64,000 bases of DNA from Eledone cirrhosa (GCA_964016885.1 OZ024747.1:47058001-47122000), one strand, 5' to 3'; positions 1-14,566 are shown, counted from the stretch's first letter. Translations and numbers: made by a program. Notes: generated from the letters alone by a model not told the origin.

Positions 1-42
<42 letters not shown>

Positions 43-72
43 ATATATATATATATACGTATATATATATAC

Positions 73-130
<58 letters not shown>

Positions 131-438
131 TAAAGTTTGAGTGTGTGTACGTGTGTATTGAGAGAAAATGACAAAATCTGAGTTTATGATAATATTAACT
201 GTAAGGTGTATCTACACACGCACACACACATACATTTATATATATATATATATAAATATATATATATATATGAAACATTTTGGGGCGTTTTGGAAGCCTC
301 AACAATGCAGATGGGTAAATCTTCGGGTAACAAGATCCGGTGGTGAGAGGAAATGTAGAATGAGATGTATAGTGTGTAGAGGAACGTAGGAAAGAGCGTA
401 AAAAATAAAAATAATAACACGAGATAGAGTTACCTTGG

Positions 439-574
<136 letters not shown>

Positions 575-815
575 GTTATTCCGGGTTGAATCGGAGGTAA
601 CCACAGTAAGTAAGGTACTCAATACATTGCAGAGTATAACAGTTTTAATATAGATGAGATTCTACAGGACTAGAACTGTTTCATTCTTTAGATAATTTCT
701 AAAGAATGAAACAGTTCTTGTCCTGTAGAATCTCATCTATATTAACACTTTTATACTTTGCTATGTATTGAGTACCTTACTTACTGTGGTTACCTCCGAT
801 TCAACCCGGAATAAC
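575..815. repeat. ~118-bp-arm fold-back palindrome embedded in (TA)n
   Basis: gttattccgggttgaatcggaggtaacc... mirrors ...ggttacctccgattcaacccggaataac. Centre is ctttaga-taatt-tctaaag (~695), with a few arm mismatches. Confidence 0.95.
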
Positions 816-820
816 TTACC

Positions 821-854
<34 letters not shown>

Positions 855-871
855 TATATATATATATATTA

Positions 872-916
<45 letters not shown>

Positions 917-920
<4 letters not shown>

Positions 921-1031
921 AACAAGTAAGACCCAGGGGTCTTGCTTGTTCCTATTACCCACTCTACTACCCTAAGTATTGAGTACTTTGGTGCGTTATG
1001 GTTCACCTGGTTCCTTACCACATTTCCTTCG

Positions 1032-1034
<3 letters not shown>
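917..1034 (+). mobile_element. Hairpin element family A, copy 1 (internally collapsed)
   Basis: taggaacaagtaagaccc/gggtcttgcttgttccta hairpin followed by the shared tail ttacccactctactaccctaagtattgagtactttggtgcgttatgg...ccttcgtta, flanked by (TA)n. Confidence 0.85.
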
Positions 1035-1085
<51 letters not shown>

Positions 1086-1163
1086 TTGTGTGTGTTTTTT
1101 ACTGTGTGTGTGTGTGTGCGTGTATAGTAAGGGAGCGGGTAATAGAAATGGATGGACACATAT

Positions 1164-1229
<66 letters not shown>

Positions 1230-1400
1230 GTATATGTAAGTATGTGTGTGTGTGAATGTATGTGTGCATGTATGCGTGTGTGGCGCGATTTTGTTCGAAC
1301 TTTGAGGCCACTAGCTCATTTCTCTACATTATATATTTACATTACCCCAGCATGGGTTGAAATAAAATTTGAACGTTCAAAGTTCTATCATGACACATGT

Positions 1401-1439
1401 TTATGCTCAGTGTAAGGTTTTCTACATTCATACAAGCAT

Positions 1440-1470
<31 letters not shown>

Positions 1471-1523
1471 GTACATCTATATATGATAATATAATTCGAG
1501 CCATATATATATACACACATACA

Positions 1524-1586
<63 letters not shown>

Positions 1587-1621
1587 TTGTATGTATGTAG
1601 AAAACCTTACACTGAGCATAA
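1401..1621. repeat. Inverted repeat around a (TA)n spacer
   Basis: ttatgctcagtgtaaggttttctacat(t)catacaagcata is mirrored by tatgcttgtatg(t)atgtagaaaaccttacactgagcataa. Confidence 0.85.
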
Positions 1622-1670
1622 GCATTTTCAATAAATTGTTGCCTGAGATATACTTCACACCTTTAGATAC

Positions 1671-1742
<72 letters not shown>

Positions 1743-1837
1743 GTATAGATAGATAAAATAATATAGATATATATTTAAATACATGTATATAAATATATAA
1801 ATATATGGACACACATATATAATATATATGTGTGTCC

Positions 1838-1869
<32 letters not shown>

Positions 1870-2069
1870 GCGTGCGTGTGTGTATATGTATGTATATATA
1901 TATATATATACATGCATGTGTGTATATGTATGTATATATATATGCGTGCGTGTGTGTATATGTATGTATATATATGTTTATATATGTACACACATACACA
2001 CACACACAAACACATACATATATATATATATGTGTGTGTGTGTGTGTCTGTGTATGTGTGCGTGAGTGT

Positions 2070-2228
2070 GAGTCCGTGCGTGATGGCGGAGGAGTTGGCT
2101 CCGCATTGATTAGGTTTTGGGTTCGACCCTACTGCATAGCAAATTGGTCGAGTGCCATTTGTGAAAGCCTCCGGTGACACATTACTTCTGAGGGAGACTA
2201 AGTAGACGGAATCTGTTTTGTAAGACCG
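2070..2228 (+). mobile_element. Degenerate tRNA-derived SINE
   Basis: B-box-like gggttcgaccc and a 3' gtagacggaatctg segment resembling cephalopod SINE bodies. Heavily diverged. Confidence 0.4.
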
Positions 2229-2454
2229 TTAAACCTTTAATGTTTAAACCGGCCAAAACCGGCCAGAATTCTCTACCTCTTTCTGTTGAAACCGGCTGTA
2301 ACTGGTCACTCAAACTGATGTTAAGGTATTGTTCTCAAAATAAATACTTTCAAACTCTCATAGATTCGATATTATGAAATAATTATGTGAGGTAAAGCAT
2401 TTACCATGAACATATAATAGTATATATAAAGTAATGTGAATGCTAAAGGGTTAA
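2229..2454 (+). mobile_element. piggyBac-like MITE (TTAA ends)
   Basis: Reads TTAA-acctttaatgttt ... gaatgctaaaggg-TTAA. It is collinear with the reverse complement of a second copy at 36971-37178. Confidence 0.75.
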
Positions 2455-4443
2455 AGTGTGAGGTAAAGCCTTTACCATGAAAATATAATAGTATATATAA
2501 AGTAAGGTGAATGCTAAAGAAATAAAGTGTGAGGTAAAGCCTTTACCATGAAAATATAATAGTATATATAAAGTAAGGTGAATGCTAAAGGGTTAAAGTG
2601 TGAGGTAAAGCCTTTACCATGAAAATATAATAGTATATATAGAGTAATGTGAATGCTAAAGGGTTAAAGTGTGAGGAAAAGCCTTTACCATGAAAATATA
2701 ATAGTATATTTAGAGTAATGTGAATGCTAAAGGGTTAAAGTGTGAGGTAAAGCCTTTACCATGAAAATATAATAGTATATATAAAGTAATGTGAATGCTA
2801 AAGGGTTAAAGTGTGAGGTAAAGCCTTTACCATGAAAATATAATAGTATATATAAAGTAATGTGAATGCTAAAGGGTTAAAGTGTGAGGTAAAGCCTTTA
2901 CCATGAAAATATAATAGTATATATAAAGTAATGTGAATGCTAAAGGGTTAAAGTGTGAGGTAAAGCCTTTACCATGAAAATATAATAGTATATTTAGAGT
3001 AATGTGAATGCTAAAGTGTTAAAGTGTGAGGTAAAGCCTTTACCATGAAAATATAATAGTATATATAAAGTAATGTGAATGCTAAAGGGTTAAAGTGTGA
3101 GGTAAAGCCTTTACCATGAAAATATAATAGTATATATAAAGTAATGTGAATGCTAAAGGGTTAAAGTGTGAGGTAAAGCCTTTACCATGAAAATATAATA
3201 GTATATCTAGAGTAATGTGAATGCTAAAGGGTTAAAGTGTGAGGTAAAGCCTTTACCATGAAAATATAATAGTATATATAAAGTAATGTGAATGCTAAAG
3301 GGTTAAAGTGTGAGGTAAAGCCTTTACCATGAAAATATAATAGTATATATAGAGTAATGTGAATGCTAAAGGGTTAAAGTGTGAGGTAAAGCCTTTACCA
3401 TGAAAATATAATAGTATATTTAGAGTAATGTGAATGCTAAAGGGTTAAAGTGTGAGGTAAAGCCTTTACCATGAAAATATAATAGTATATATAAAGTAAT
3501 GTGAATGCTAAAGGGTTAAAGTGTGAGGTAAAGCCTTTACCATGAAAATATAATAGTATATATAAAGTAATGTGAATGCTAAAGGGTTAAAGTGTGAGGT
3601 AAAGCCTTTACCATGAAAATATAATAGTATATATAAAGTAAGGTGAATGCTAAAGGGTTAAAGTGTGAGGTAAAGCCTTTACCATGAAAATATAATAGTA
3701 TATTTAGAGTAATGTGAATGCTAAAGGGTTAAAGTGTGAGGTAAAGCCTTTACCATGAAAATATAATAGTATATATAAAGTAATGTGAATGCTAAAGGGT
3801 TAAAGTGTGAGGTAAAGCCTTTACCATGAAAATATAATAGTATATATAAAGTAATGTGAATGCTAAAGGGTTAAAGTGTGAGGTAAAGCCTTTACCATGA
3901 AAATATAATAGTATATATAAAGTAATGTGAATGCTAAAGGGTTAAAGTGTGAGGTAAAGCCTTTACCATGAAAATATAATAGTATATATAAAGTAATGTG
4001 AATGCTAAAGGGTTAAAGTGTGAGGTAAAGCCTTTACCATGAAAATATAATAGTATATATAAAGTAATGTGAATGCTAAAGGGTTAAAGTGTGAGGTAAA
4101 GCCTTTACCATGAAAATATAATAGTATATATAAAGTAATGTGAATGCTAAAGGGTTAAAGTGTGAGGTAAAGCCTTTACCATGAAAATATAATAGTATAT
4201 ATAAAGTAATGTGAATGCTAAAGGGTTAAAGTGTGAGGTAAAGCCTTTACCATGAAAATATAATAGTATATATAAAGTAATGTGAATGCTAAAGGGTTAA
4301 AGTGTGAGGTAAAGCCTTTACCATGAAAATATAATAGTATATATAAAGTAATGTGAATGCTAAAGGGTTAAAGTGTGAGGTAAAGCCTTTACCATGAAAA
4401 TATAATAGTATATCTAGAGTAATGTGAATGCTAAAGGGTTAAA
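2386..4443 (+). repeat. Tandem satellite, 29 x 71 bp, derived from the MITE right end
   Basis: Unit gtgtgaggtaaagcctttaccatgaaaatataatagtatatataaagtaatgtgaatgctaaagggttaaa. 2058 bp / 71 = 29 near-identical units. Confidence 0.97.
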
Positions 4444-4709
4444 TACTTGCCGTGAAATATAACATACAAGGACTTTATCACTAGTACGTTAAATTCATTA
4501 TCAAACCTTTCATGGAAATCAACGGTTAAGGGCTGGAGAATGTATGTATATATATATATATTGAAGATACCCATTTACGTGTGTGGTATCGAAGCGAATA
4601 ACTGTGTATAGTCTGGGAGTTTATTTAACATTACCTATTGAGAACTCTGAGATGCAACTGGTACTAGCAGTGATACCCATGCTACTTCCATCATCCTATT
4701 ATATATCTA

Positions 4710-4783
4710 TATGTGTGTGTGTGTGAGTATGTGCGTGTGTGTGTGTGTCTGTGTGTCTGTGTGTCTGTGTATTTGTGAGTGCA

Positions 4784-4821
<38 letters not shown>

Positions 4822-5040
4822 TGTGTGTCTGTGTGTATGTGTGTTTGTGAGTGTATGTCTGTGTGTGTGAGTGTGTGTGTGATTGTGTGTGTCTGTGTGT
4901 GAGTGTGTGTGTGATTGTGTGTGTCTGTGTGTATGTGTGTTTGTGAGTGTATGTCTGTGTGTGTGTGTGTGTGTGTGTCTGTGTGTCTGTGTGTGTAAAT
5001 CTGTGTGTTTGTGGGTGTATGTCTGTGTGTGTGTGTCTGT

Positions 5041-5086
<46 letters not shown>

Positions 5087-5225
5087 CTGTGTATGAGTGT
5101 GTGTGTGTCTGTGTGTCTGTCTGCGTGTGTGTCTGTGTGTGTGTCTGTGTGTGAGTGTGTGTATGTCTGTGTATGAGTGTGTGTGTGTGTGTGTGTGTGT
5201 GTGTCTGTGTGTCTGTCTGTGTGTC

Positions 5226-5266
<41 letters not shown>
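4710..5266. repeat. Imperfect (GT)n / (GTCT) compound microsatellite
   Basis: Direct inspection. Confidence 0.95.
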
Positions 5267-5268
<2 letters not shown>

Positions 5269-5509
5269 ATATATATGTATATACAATTGTGTCTGTGTAT
5301 ATGTCTCTTCGCTTGTGTGAGTGCATATAAGAAAGTATATATATGGATGTATGTATTAAACTTAATATTTAAGGAGCGCTAGAATTGCGATGTTATCTGT
5401 GATTGGTGTTGTATTGATATCTACATACATACATGTACTGGCACCGTAGCACACACATTGTCACGCTCACGCTTCCACACTTACATATGGATATATATAT
5501 ATGTGCGCG

Positions 5510-5558
<49 letters not shown>

Positions 5559-5580
5559 TTAGACATATATATATATGTGC

Positions 5581-5628
<48 letters not shown>

Positions 5629-5665
5629 CATAAATATATATATAAGTATATATATACACACACAT

Positions 5666-5719
<54 letters not shown>

Positions 5720-5787
5720 ATAATAATAACTTTGAAGACTAAAATCCAAATATATATATATATATATACACATATATATATACACAC

Positions 5788-5837
<50 letters not shown>

Positions 5838-5862
5838 ACACACACACATATATATATATATA

Positions 5863-5912
5863 AGGGCGGTGCCCCAGCATGGCCTCAGCCGGATGGCTGA
5901 AACAGGTAAAAG
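5863..5912 (+). mobile_element. SINE 3' tail fragment
   Basis: ggcggtgccccagcatggcc...ggctgaaacaggtaaaag resembles a cephalopod SINE tail (recognised from memory). Confidence 0.45.
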
Positions 5913-6025
5913 ATATATATATATATATAAGTATATATATATATATATACAGATATATATACATAAATATATACATAAATATATATATATACATACATAT
6001 ATATATATGTGTGAATGTGTATATA

Positions 6026-6081
<56 letters not shown>

Positions 6082-6267
6082 GGCATACATATACGTGTAT
6101 ATATACACTAATATTCGTATACATACAGACATTAGTAAAAGTGAATATACACCGTAGATATCCGCCTATACTAGAAATTAAATGTAATTTTGAATGATAC
6201 ACGCTGTCAGTTATTAAAAAAATATATTGAATTTGTTGTCTATATATGGTTCCTACTGAAAATGATA

Positions 6268-6501
6268 TACATACATACACACATACATACACACACACAC
6301 ACACACATAGATACATACGCACATACATACATACACACACATACATACATACATACATACATAAATACATACATACATACATACATACACACATATACAT
6401 ACATACATACATACATACATACATACATACATACATACATACATACACACATACATACATACACACATACATACATACATACATACATACACACACATAC
6501 A

Positions 6502-6535
<34 letters not shown>

Positions 6536-6792
6536 CATACATACATACACACACATACATACATACATACACACACATACATACATACATACATACATAC
6601 ATACACACATACATACATACACATACATACATACATACATACATACATACATACATACACACACACATACAAACGCATATACATACATACATACACATAC
6701 ATACATACACACACATACATACATACATACATACATACATACATACATACATACATACATACATACATACATACATACACACACAAACATAC
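6268..6792. repeat. (TACA)n microsatellite
   Basis: Direct inspection. Confidence 0.95.
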
Positions 6793-7184
6793 ATAAGTTT
6801 ATATATATATATATTTGATATCACTAGATCTAGCTATAGCTATGTATGGAGAAGAGACACGGAACACAGTCAGATACAGGTGATGTGTGTATAAGTGCGT
6901 ATATATATATATAAATGTGTGTGCGTATGTGTGTAGAAATATATATATATATATATATAGATATACAAATATATATATACACACATATGTGTATATATAT
7001 ATTTATTTAGTATATAATTTATGCAACAATAAAATATATACACACTCAATCACACACAGACATATACATATAAGTGTAGCGTGTGTGTGTGTGCATGTGT
7101 ATATATATATATATATGGGGGGGGGGGGGGGGGGGTATACACATACATAATTTAATATTTGTAGATTTATATTTACATATGTAG

Positions 7185-7215
<31 letters not shown>

Positions 7216-7235
7216 TGCATATATATATATATATA

Positions 7236-7314
<79 letters not shown>

Positions 7315-7380
7315 GTGTATAAATATATATATATATATACATGTATAAATATATATATATTCATATATATATACATGTAT

Positions 7381-7619
<239 letters not shown>

Positions 7620-7683
7620 TAGTCGCATACATGTTATAGAATGCCGTTAGCTTCTTGCTAAAACAATCTCTATACCTCTCATT

Positions 7684-7715
<32 letters not shown>

Positions 7716-7724
7716 CATGTATCA

Positions 7725-7778
<54 letters not shown>

Positions 7779-7780
7779 CA

Positions 7781-7822
<42 letters not shown>

Positions 7823-7862
7823 TTATACGTATACATATACATATATATCTGTGCGTGTGTCT

Positions 7863-7906
<44 letters not shown>

Positions 7907-7994
7907 TTGGAACCTGCTATCCTCGACAGTATTGTACCTGGTATCCTCGATAACTCTCTTCTCTTTCGAGGGAGATTAAATCTCTAATTTGGGA

Positions 7995-8420
7995 TCTCAC
8001 AAACGGTGACACCTTTTCCGCCTATGACTCTGGGGTCATGATCCCAAACTCGGGCACTATCGCCCGCAACGTATGGAACTTAATTACTGTGACTTCACAG
8101 ACAAATTTTTTTTTTTGTCTGTGAGACGGAGACTTTTTTTCCTCCAATCCAGGGGTTACGGCCTCAATCTAGGAAACTGTCTCCTGCAATCAAGGAACGC
8201 TGCTAATTACTGTGACTTCACAGAGAGCTGTTTTCCTTTTTTTTGACGCACTCGTTTTTCCGCCTCTAACCCTGGGGTTACTGCCCAAAACTTGGGCACT
8301 ATCACCCCGCAAGCAACACAAGGAACGTAGCTAATTGCTGTCACTTGACCGACAGGTGTTTTTGTTTTGAGACGGTCACTTTTCATGTTTCTGGGGTACT
8401 TAGCCCCCAAAGCGAATTTT
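7995..8420 (+). repeat. Diverged ~120-bp minisatellite, about 3.5 units
   Basis: Recurrent blocks ttttccgcct..ggggtta, ggcactatc..cgcaa and taattactgtgacttcacag at ~8010, ~8135 and ~8255. Confidence 0.75.
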
Positions 8421-8635
8421 CCTCCGTCAATTCGAGATTGAATTTCACTGCAGTAAGGGGCTTTCGTCAATTTGTCAGTGGGTCCAGCTGAGATATACAG
8501 CCTAGACTTCAGTTTCTGTCTGCCGCTCCTGCATCATTTTCTCTACATTTAAACACTTAATTTTGTTTCCCCTTCGTTTTCCTTTCTTTTTTAATATTCA
8601 AACGTTGATGATTTTCATTTCATTTTAAAATAAAA

Positions 8636-8669
<34 letters not shown>

Positions 8670-8677
8670 TCTATATA

Positions 8678-8782
<105 letters not shown>

Positions 8783-8855
8783 TTAATATGTGTGCGTCTG
8801 AGTGTATGAATAAATAAATAATATACATATATAAATATATATATATATATACATA

Positions 8856-8902
<47 letters not shown>

Positions 8903-8975
8903 TTGTCTGATGGTAGCTAAGATGCTTCCATAGGCGGTATGCCGGTTGAGCACTCTATATTATATATATATATAT

Positions 8976-9006
<31 letters not shown>

Positions 9007-9342
9007 ATACATACCTACATATTTGCATACATACATACATTCACAAATCTGTGTATGTGTGTATGTGCACGCATTGAAGTCGTGTTTATGTGATTGTCTA
9101 TAATAAGATAAACAGCCGTATTAAATATATAACGTGTGTATATCTGTATATACAACAATATTAAATTGTTTACTACTAAACATATGAACTGAATATACCT
9201 ATATATGTGTAGATTTAAATGTATATACAGACATATGCTCAAACGTTTATTTCATATACATTCATATATACAACATAAAGACATGAAGTGATAAACTTTC
9301 ATATACATTTTAAATCTAAATATATTTACAGAAATGACATTT

Positions 9343-9380
<38 letters not shown>

Positions 9381-9433
9381 GCTTATATATATGTATATAT
9401 GGGTATAAATATATACACATTATATAATATATC

Positions 9434-9467
<34 letters not shown>

Positions 9468-9608
9468 AGATAACAAGATATCGTTTAAGGTACAGCCGAT
9501 CACCTTATACTTCACACTTTTACTATATGTATATATATATATATATACATATGTGCACATGTATATACATAAATATATATAGGAGAGAGTGAGTGGAAGA
9601 GTTAGATG

Positions 9609-9664
<56 letters not shown>

Positions 9665-9811
9665 TGCCCATTTTCTGTACTATGTCAATTATACTCATAC
9701 TGCGTGTGATATTTGGATATTTGACACGTATATTCGCTATATGTTCCGTTTAGGATGGCGTTCTACGCATAGCTTATCTCCACATCATATGTATATATAT
9801 ATATGTATGTA

Positions 9812-9843
<32 letters not shown>

Positions 9844-9905
9844 TGTGTGTGTGTGTATATATATATGATGTATATATATATTTATACACATCATATATAT
9901 ATATT

Positions 9906-9947
<42 letters not shown>

Positions 9948-9948
9948 C

Positions 9949-10015
<67 letters not shown>

Positions 10016-10109
10016 CAGTATATATAAATACACATATATGTATAGATATATATCTATACATATATGTGTATTTATATATACTGTATATATATATATATAT
10101 ACACACATC

Positions 10110-10157
<48 letters not shown>

Positions 10158-10339
10158 TATATATAAATTACACATATATGTATAGATATATATATATATG
10201 TGTGTATGTATTTATATATACTGTATATATGGATTTATACATATATTTATACGTAATTTGCGTTACGCTTCGCTTTTTCTAGCCGCCGAAATGCGATTCT
10301 CGCTGAATTTATATATGTGTGTGTGTGTGTGTGTATATT

Positions 10340-10425
<86 letters not shown>

Positions 10426-10491
10426 TATATATATTTGTATATATATTCTGTATACATATATTTATAAATATATGTATATATATAAATATAA

Positions 10492-10551
<60 letters not shown>

Positions 10552-10584
10552 ATGAATATGTGTGTATATATAAACACACACACT

Positions 10585-10626
<42 letters not shown>

Positions 10627-10633
10627 AATGTTC

Positions 10634-10697
10634 CTTGATTATTTAAATCAACCGACAAAGGTCATTGAAGCCCTACATATATATAGAAACAAACCTA

Positions 10698-10740
<43 letters not shown>

Positions 10741-10801
10741 CTTTGTTTTTATATATATGTATGGGTTCAATAACTTTTGTCGGTTCATCTAAATAATCAA
10801 G
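10634..10801. repeat. Imperfect inverted repeat around (TA)n
   Basis: cttgattatttaaatcaaccgacaaagg... is mirrored by ...ttttgtcggttcatctaaataatcaag. Confidence 0.8.
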
Positions 10802-11115
10802 CCACTTAGGTGTAGTCAAACATCACCACTTGTTGTTATACGTACCCATAAAGGCAAGAACAGGAAGTACGTATATGATATCTGACGGAATATAGTTAAT
10901 AAATAAGCAGCGGGGGCGGATGTACATTTTACACTTCCGTTTACTATCTCGTTATGTAAGATAACAATGGATAAAAGTGAATAATGTAAAACCCTAATTT
11001 ATTCCATAAAATATAAATATAGAAATACATATATACACACATACATATATATGTCCCAAGGCTTTGATACCATCAACACTATACACACAGAGCTGGCATA
11101 TCTAAGAACTGACTA

Positions 11116-11171
11116 ACTGCCTGATGAGGTCATAGCCATTCAATGGCTATCATCGAAATATATATAGCAGT
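11116..11171 (+). ncRNA. Type I hammerhead ribozyme motif
   Basis: actgc-CTGATGA-ggtc atagccat tca atggctat catc-GAAA-tatata-TA-gcagt. Stem I is actgc/gcagt, the core is complete, and the minimal stem III is palindromic. Confidence 0.85.
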
Positions 11172-11212
11172 AAATAAAGGATTATGAGTTCATGCAATTG
11201 ACTTATGTTTCG

Positions 11213-11274
<62 letters not shown>

Positions 11275-11310
11275 AATATATACATGTATATGTATATATA
11301 TATATGTATG

Positions 11311-11345
<35 letters not shown>

Positions 11346-12430
11346 ATGTATATGTGTGTATGTTGTGTGTGCATGTGCGTTTGCGTGCGTGCATGTGTGT
11401 TTGCGTGTGTGCGTGTTTGTTTGTTTGTGTGTGCGTATCGATACATATATCTATATATGCATATTTGTAAATATATATATACAATTTGTTAAGTTGTTTA
11501 CTAATGGGTAGAACTGGTTATTCCGCTTAGATGATGCAAATCATCAATCGTGGATGTGGTATCCCGGGGCTGGTGCAAAAATGGAGTTAAATATTCATTT
11601 AAAAACAATAGAAGGTCGGACAGGAAACTCACTTTAAAATTTTAATCTTGCGAAAACTCTATGCAAATTTCAATAGCCCAGTTTCATTTTCCGCTCACCA
11701 TGCAAGTCTTATGCGACTTCTTCAGGTGCTGGTTGCAAAATGAGTTATATAAGATAACAGGATTACAGTGAATGCAATAAGAGAATAAGTATAGATTTGG
11801 TTTGGTGATGGCTTGGCAATTCGTTGTTAGTGTGACGGCAAGCCAATCTAGAATTTCACACAGGCATCAATGCTAGGCATTGTGAGTTGGTAGGCGCGAT
11901 AGAGGGTGTGTGGTTTCTTAGGTGGTAACAGAATGTATACTGTTCTCAGAGAATGTCAGTCAATTACTCAAAACATAGAATTACGCTGCTACAGAAGTCT
12001 AAGTGTATTAAACATTATGTCAGTAGGAATTGGCCGAAAACCTAGCGTGAATGTGAAGACTTAAAGGGTTATAAGCGCTATAAAAGCGTACACGACTACA
12101 AAAATTGTATTAAAATATTTTAAAAAGTTATAAATAGTTATAAAAAGTTATAAAGTTTACAAAATTAACAAACAAAAATAACAAAAATAATAAAGATTAC
12201 AATAAATTATAATAAATAGGCGAGTGTCACGTTAAATAAATTAAGAAAAATGAATTAGAAAACGTATATATATATATATATATATTTTGAGTTTATGTTG
12301 GTTGTATACCAACACCTCAGTATGCAGGCTGGAGCACTCGACGAAGTGCGCAGGTTGGTTTGGTTACTCCGGAGTAGTGTAAAATAAAGTTAAATAAAAG
12401 TCAAATGATTAAAATTTAGCTTCGTTTATT

Positions 12431-12485
12431 ACTGCTATATATATTTCAGTGACAGCCATCTTTGGCTGTGACCTCTTCAGGCAGT
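12431..12485 (-). ncRNA. Type I hammerhead ribozyme motif (same family as 11116)
   Basis: Reverse complement reads actgc-CTGAAGA-ggtc acagcca aaga tggctgt cact-GAAA-tatata-TA-gcagt. Confidence 0.85.
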
Positions 12486-12779
12486 TTGAATTAGTATGGT
12501 ATAGACAAGTACATATGTTGTTTAGGTGTATGATATTGTCAATACTCTGATATGATATATATATATACCAATTCTGAAATTCTGATGAAACAATTGTTAA
12601 TACGTGGATTAAATCCTTTTGTAACTGTTTACCTTCGTCCTATTTCTCTTTTTTGATTACACTCCTCGTTTGTTCGTGTTTCCACTACAGAATCCCTACC
12701 AACCTGTCGAGTCACCTTAACGTATGTTGAGAACTTTCCTCACAACTTGTTCTACCAAGCTTTGGAATATTCCTAATTA

Positions 12780-12912
<133 letters not shown>

Positions 12913-12941
12913 GTATGTATTGGCTAACCCAAATAATTGTT

Positions 12942-13086
12942 GAATTGGCAGGGATGCTTGAACGCCAGATGGAATGCCTTGCATTGTTCATTCTAGCACT
13001 CTACATTCAGGGTTCAAATCCCACCGAGGATAGTTTGCCTTTGATAGTTCGATATTGAAGTACCACACAATAACTGAGGTCGATTC
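12942..13086 (+). mobile_element. Degenerate tRNA-type SINE (family S)
   Basis: ttggcag...gggttcaaatcccaccgagg...tttgccttt...agtacca. Confidence 0.6.
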
Positions 13087-13447
13087 TTCCTTCCACACAC
13101 TCTGTATTACTTTATCCCCTTTTCTCGGCTTCTCTAAAATAAATCAAACTGGATTGGGGATGAGAAGCGCCAGCTTTAAAACTGTTCAAGATAGATTGTA
13201 TCACGGAAGAATACATATGTCTCGATCAGGTGTTATGCGTCTATATATATACAAAGCAAATAATACGAACTTCACTCACCATCTCTCATAACTTCTCTCT
13301 CACACACACATTCGCATGTGTGTATTTGTATGCACATCAATATAAGCATGTATACATATAAACATACTCAAATATATAAAGAGAGAGATAAAAACACAGT
13401 CTTATCAGGTTCGCGGTTTGGAAGAAAGATATGTCTGAGTCTATATT

Positions 13448-13481
<34 letters not shown>

Positions 13482-13573
13482 AAGTTTTATTTAAATTGTT
13501 GGGTTAACAACGAGTAAATATTTATAACTGATATATATGTCGAATCTATCTAATTATAAGACTGTTTATATTG

Positions 13574-13639
13574 TATTTTGTCTGAGGAAGGAATAACATA
13601 TTTTTAATATGATATCCCTGAAATATATATAATGAAATA
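13574..13639 (+). ncRNA. Type I hammerhead ribozyme motif
   Basis: tattttgt-CTGAGGA-aggaata a catatt ttt aatatg a tatccct-GAAA-tatata-TA-atgaaata. Stem I includes G-U pairs. The 3' half recurs in reverse at ~40545-40610. Confidence 0.7.
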
Positions 13640-13679
13640 AATATGGTTTTATAAATATAGTTTCCATTTATTTAATATC

Positions 13680-13734
<55 letters not shown>

Positions 13735-13737
<3 letters not shown>

Positions 13738-13922
13738 CGGAGGAAATGTGGTAAGGAACCAGGTGGACCATAACGCACCAAAGTACTCAATACTTAGGGT
13801 AGTAGAGTGGGTAATAGGAACGAGTAGGACCCCCACGGCTGAGCTCAAGCCGTTTCGACGAGTAATTCTGGAGAATTAGCCGTCGAAACGGCTTGAGCTC
13901 AGCCGTCGGGGTCCTACTCGTA

Positions 13923-13926
<4 letters not shown>
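13735..13926 (-). mobile_element. Hairpin element family A, copy 2
   Basis: Reverse-oriented tail plus a long hairpin centred on aattct-gg-agaatt, flanked by (TA)n. Confidence 0.9.
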
Positions 13927-13965
<39 letters not shown>

Positions 13966-14219
13966 TAATACAAAAACAGAGATAGTTTAAAGCTAATCTC
14001 TGACTGGTAACCATCTCACTCAACAAACATTAGGTTATATTTTAATATAAACCCAATTTAAGCGTTTGGGGTGCTAACAATATGTATTATGTGGAAAATC
14101 CAGTTGTATTATTTTATGAGATATAATTAAAGTTAAAATATATCTCTCTTTCCAAACAATTGTTTCATTATAAGTTTTCTACAAAGTCGGAGAATATTTC
14201 CAGTTTATGTAGAAGCCTA

Positions 14220-14303
<84 letters not shown>

Positions 14304-14509
14304 GATAAAATATCGATTTGGCTGTATCGTTAATGTGTCAAATATTTAATGTGTCATTTCGGGGCTCTCTTCTCTGAATTCAAGACCACTTGAAATCAAC
14401 CTAGCTTTTGTTGAAGCAATTTCTATATTAAACTTGAAGTTTACACTCTAATCTTTTGAGTAACTTACTATCTTTGGTTACTCCCGATTGAACCCGGGAC
14501 TCACCCCCC

Positions 14510-14547
<38 letters not shown>

Positions 14548-14566
14548 CTCTCTCTCTCTCTCTCAC

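Noticed and set aside
2386-4443. CRISPR-like regular array with an internal palindrome
   Set aside because: Units are contiguous with no unique spacers, there are no cas genes, the context is eukaryotic, and the unit is explained as a MITE end.
4561-4605. ttgaagatacc..ggtatcgaag hammerhead-like hairpin
   Set aside because: Both core halves are altered and stem I is missing.
11672-11730. Hammerhead on the minus strand (CTGAAGA...GAAActgggcTA)
   Set aside because: Stems I and II do not close convincingly; at best a decayed relic.
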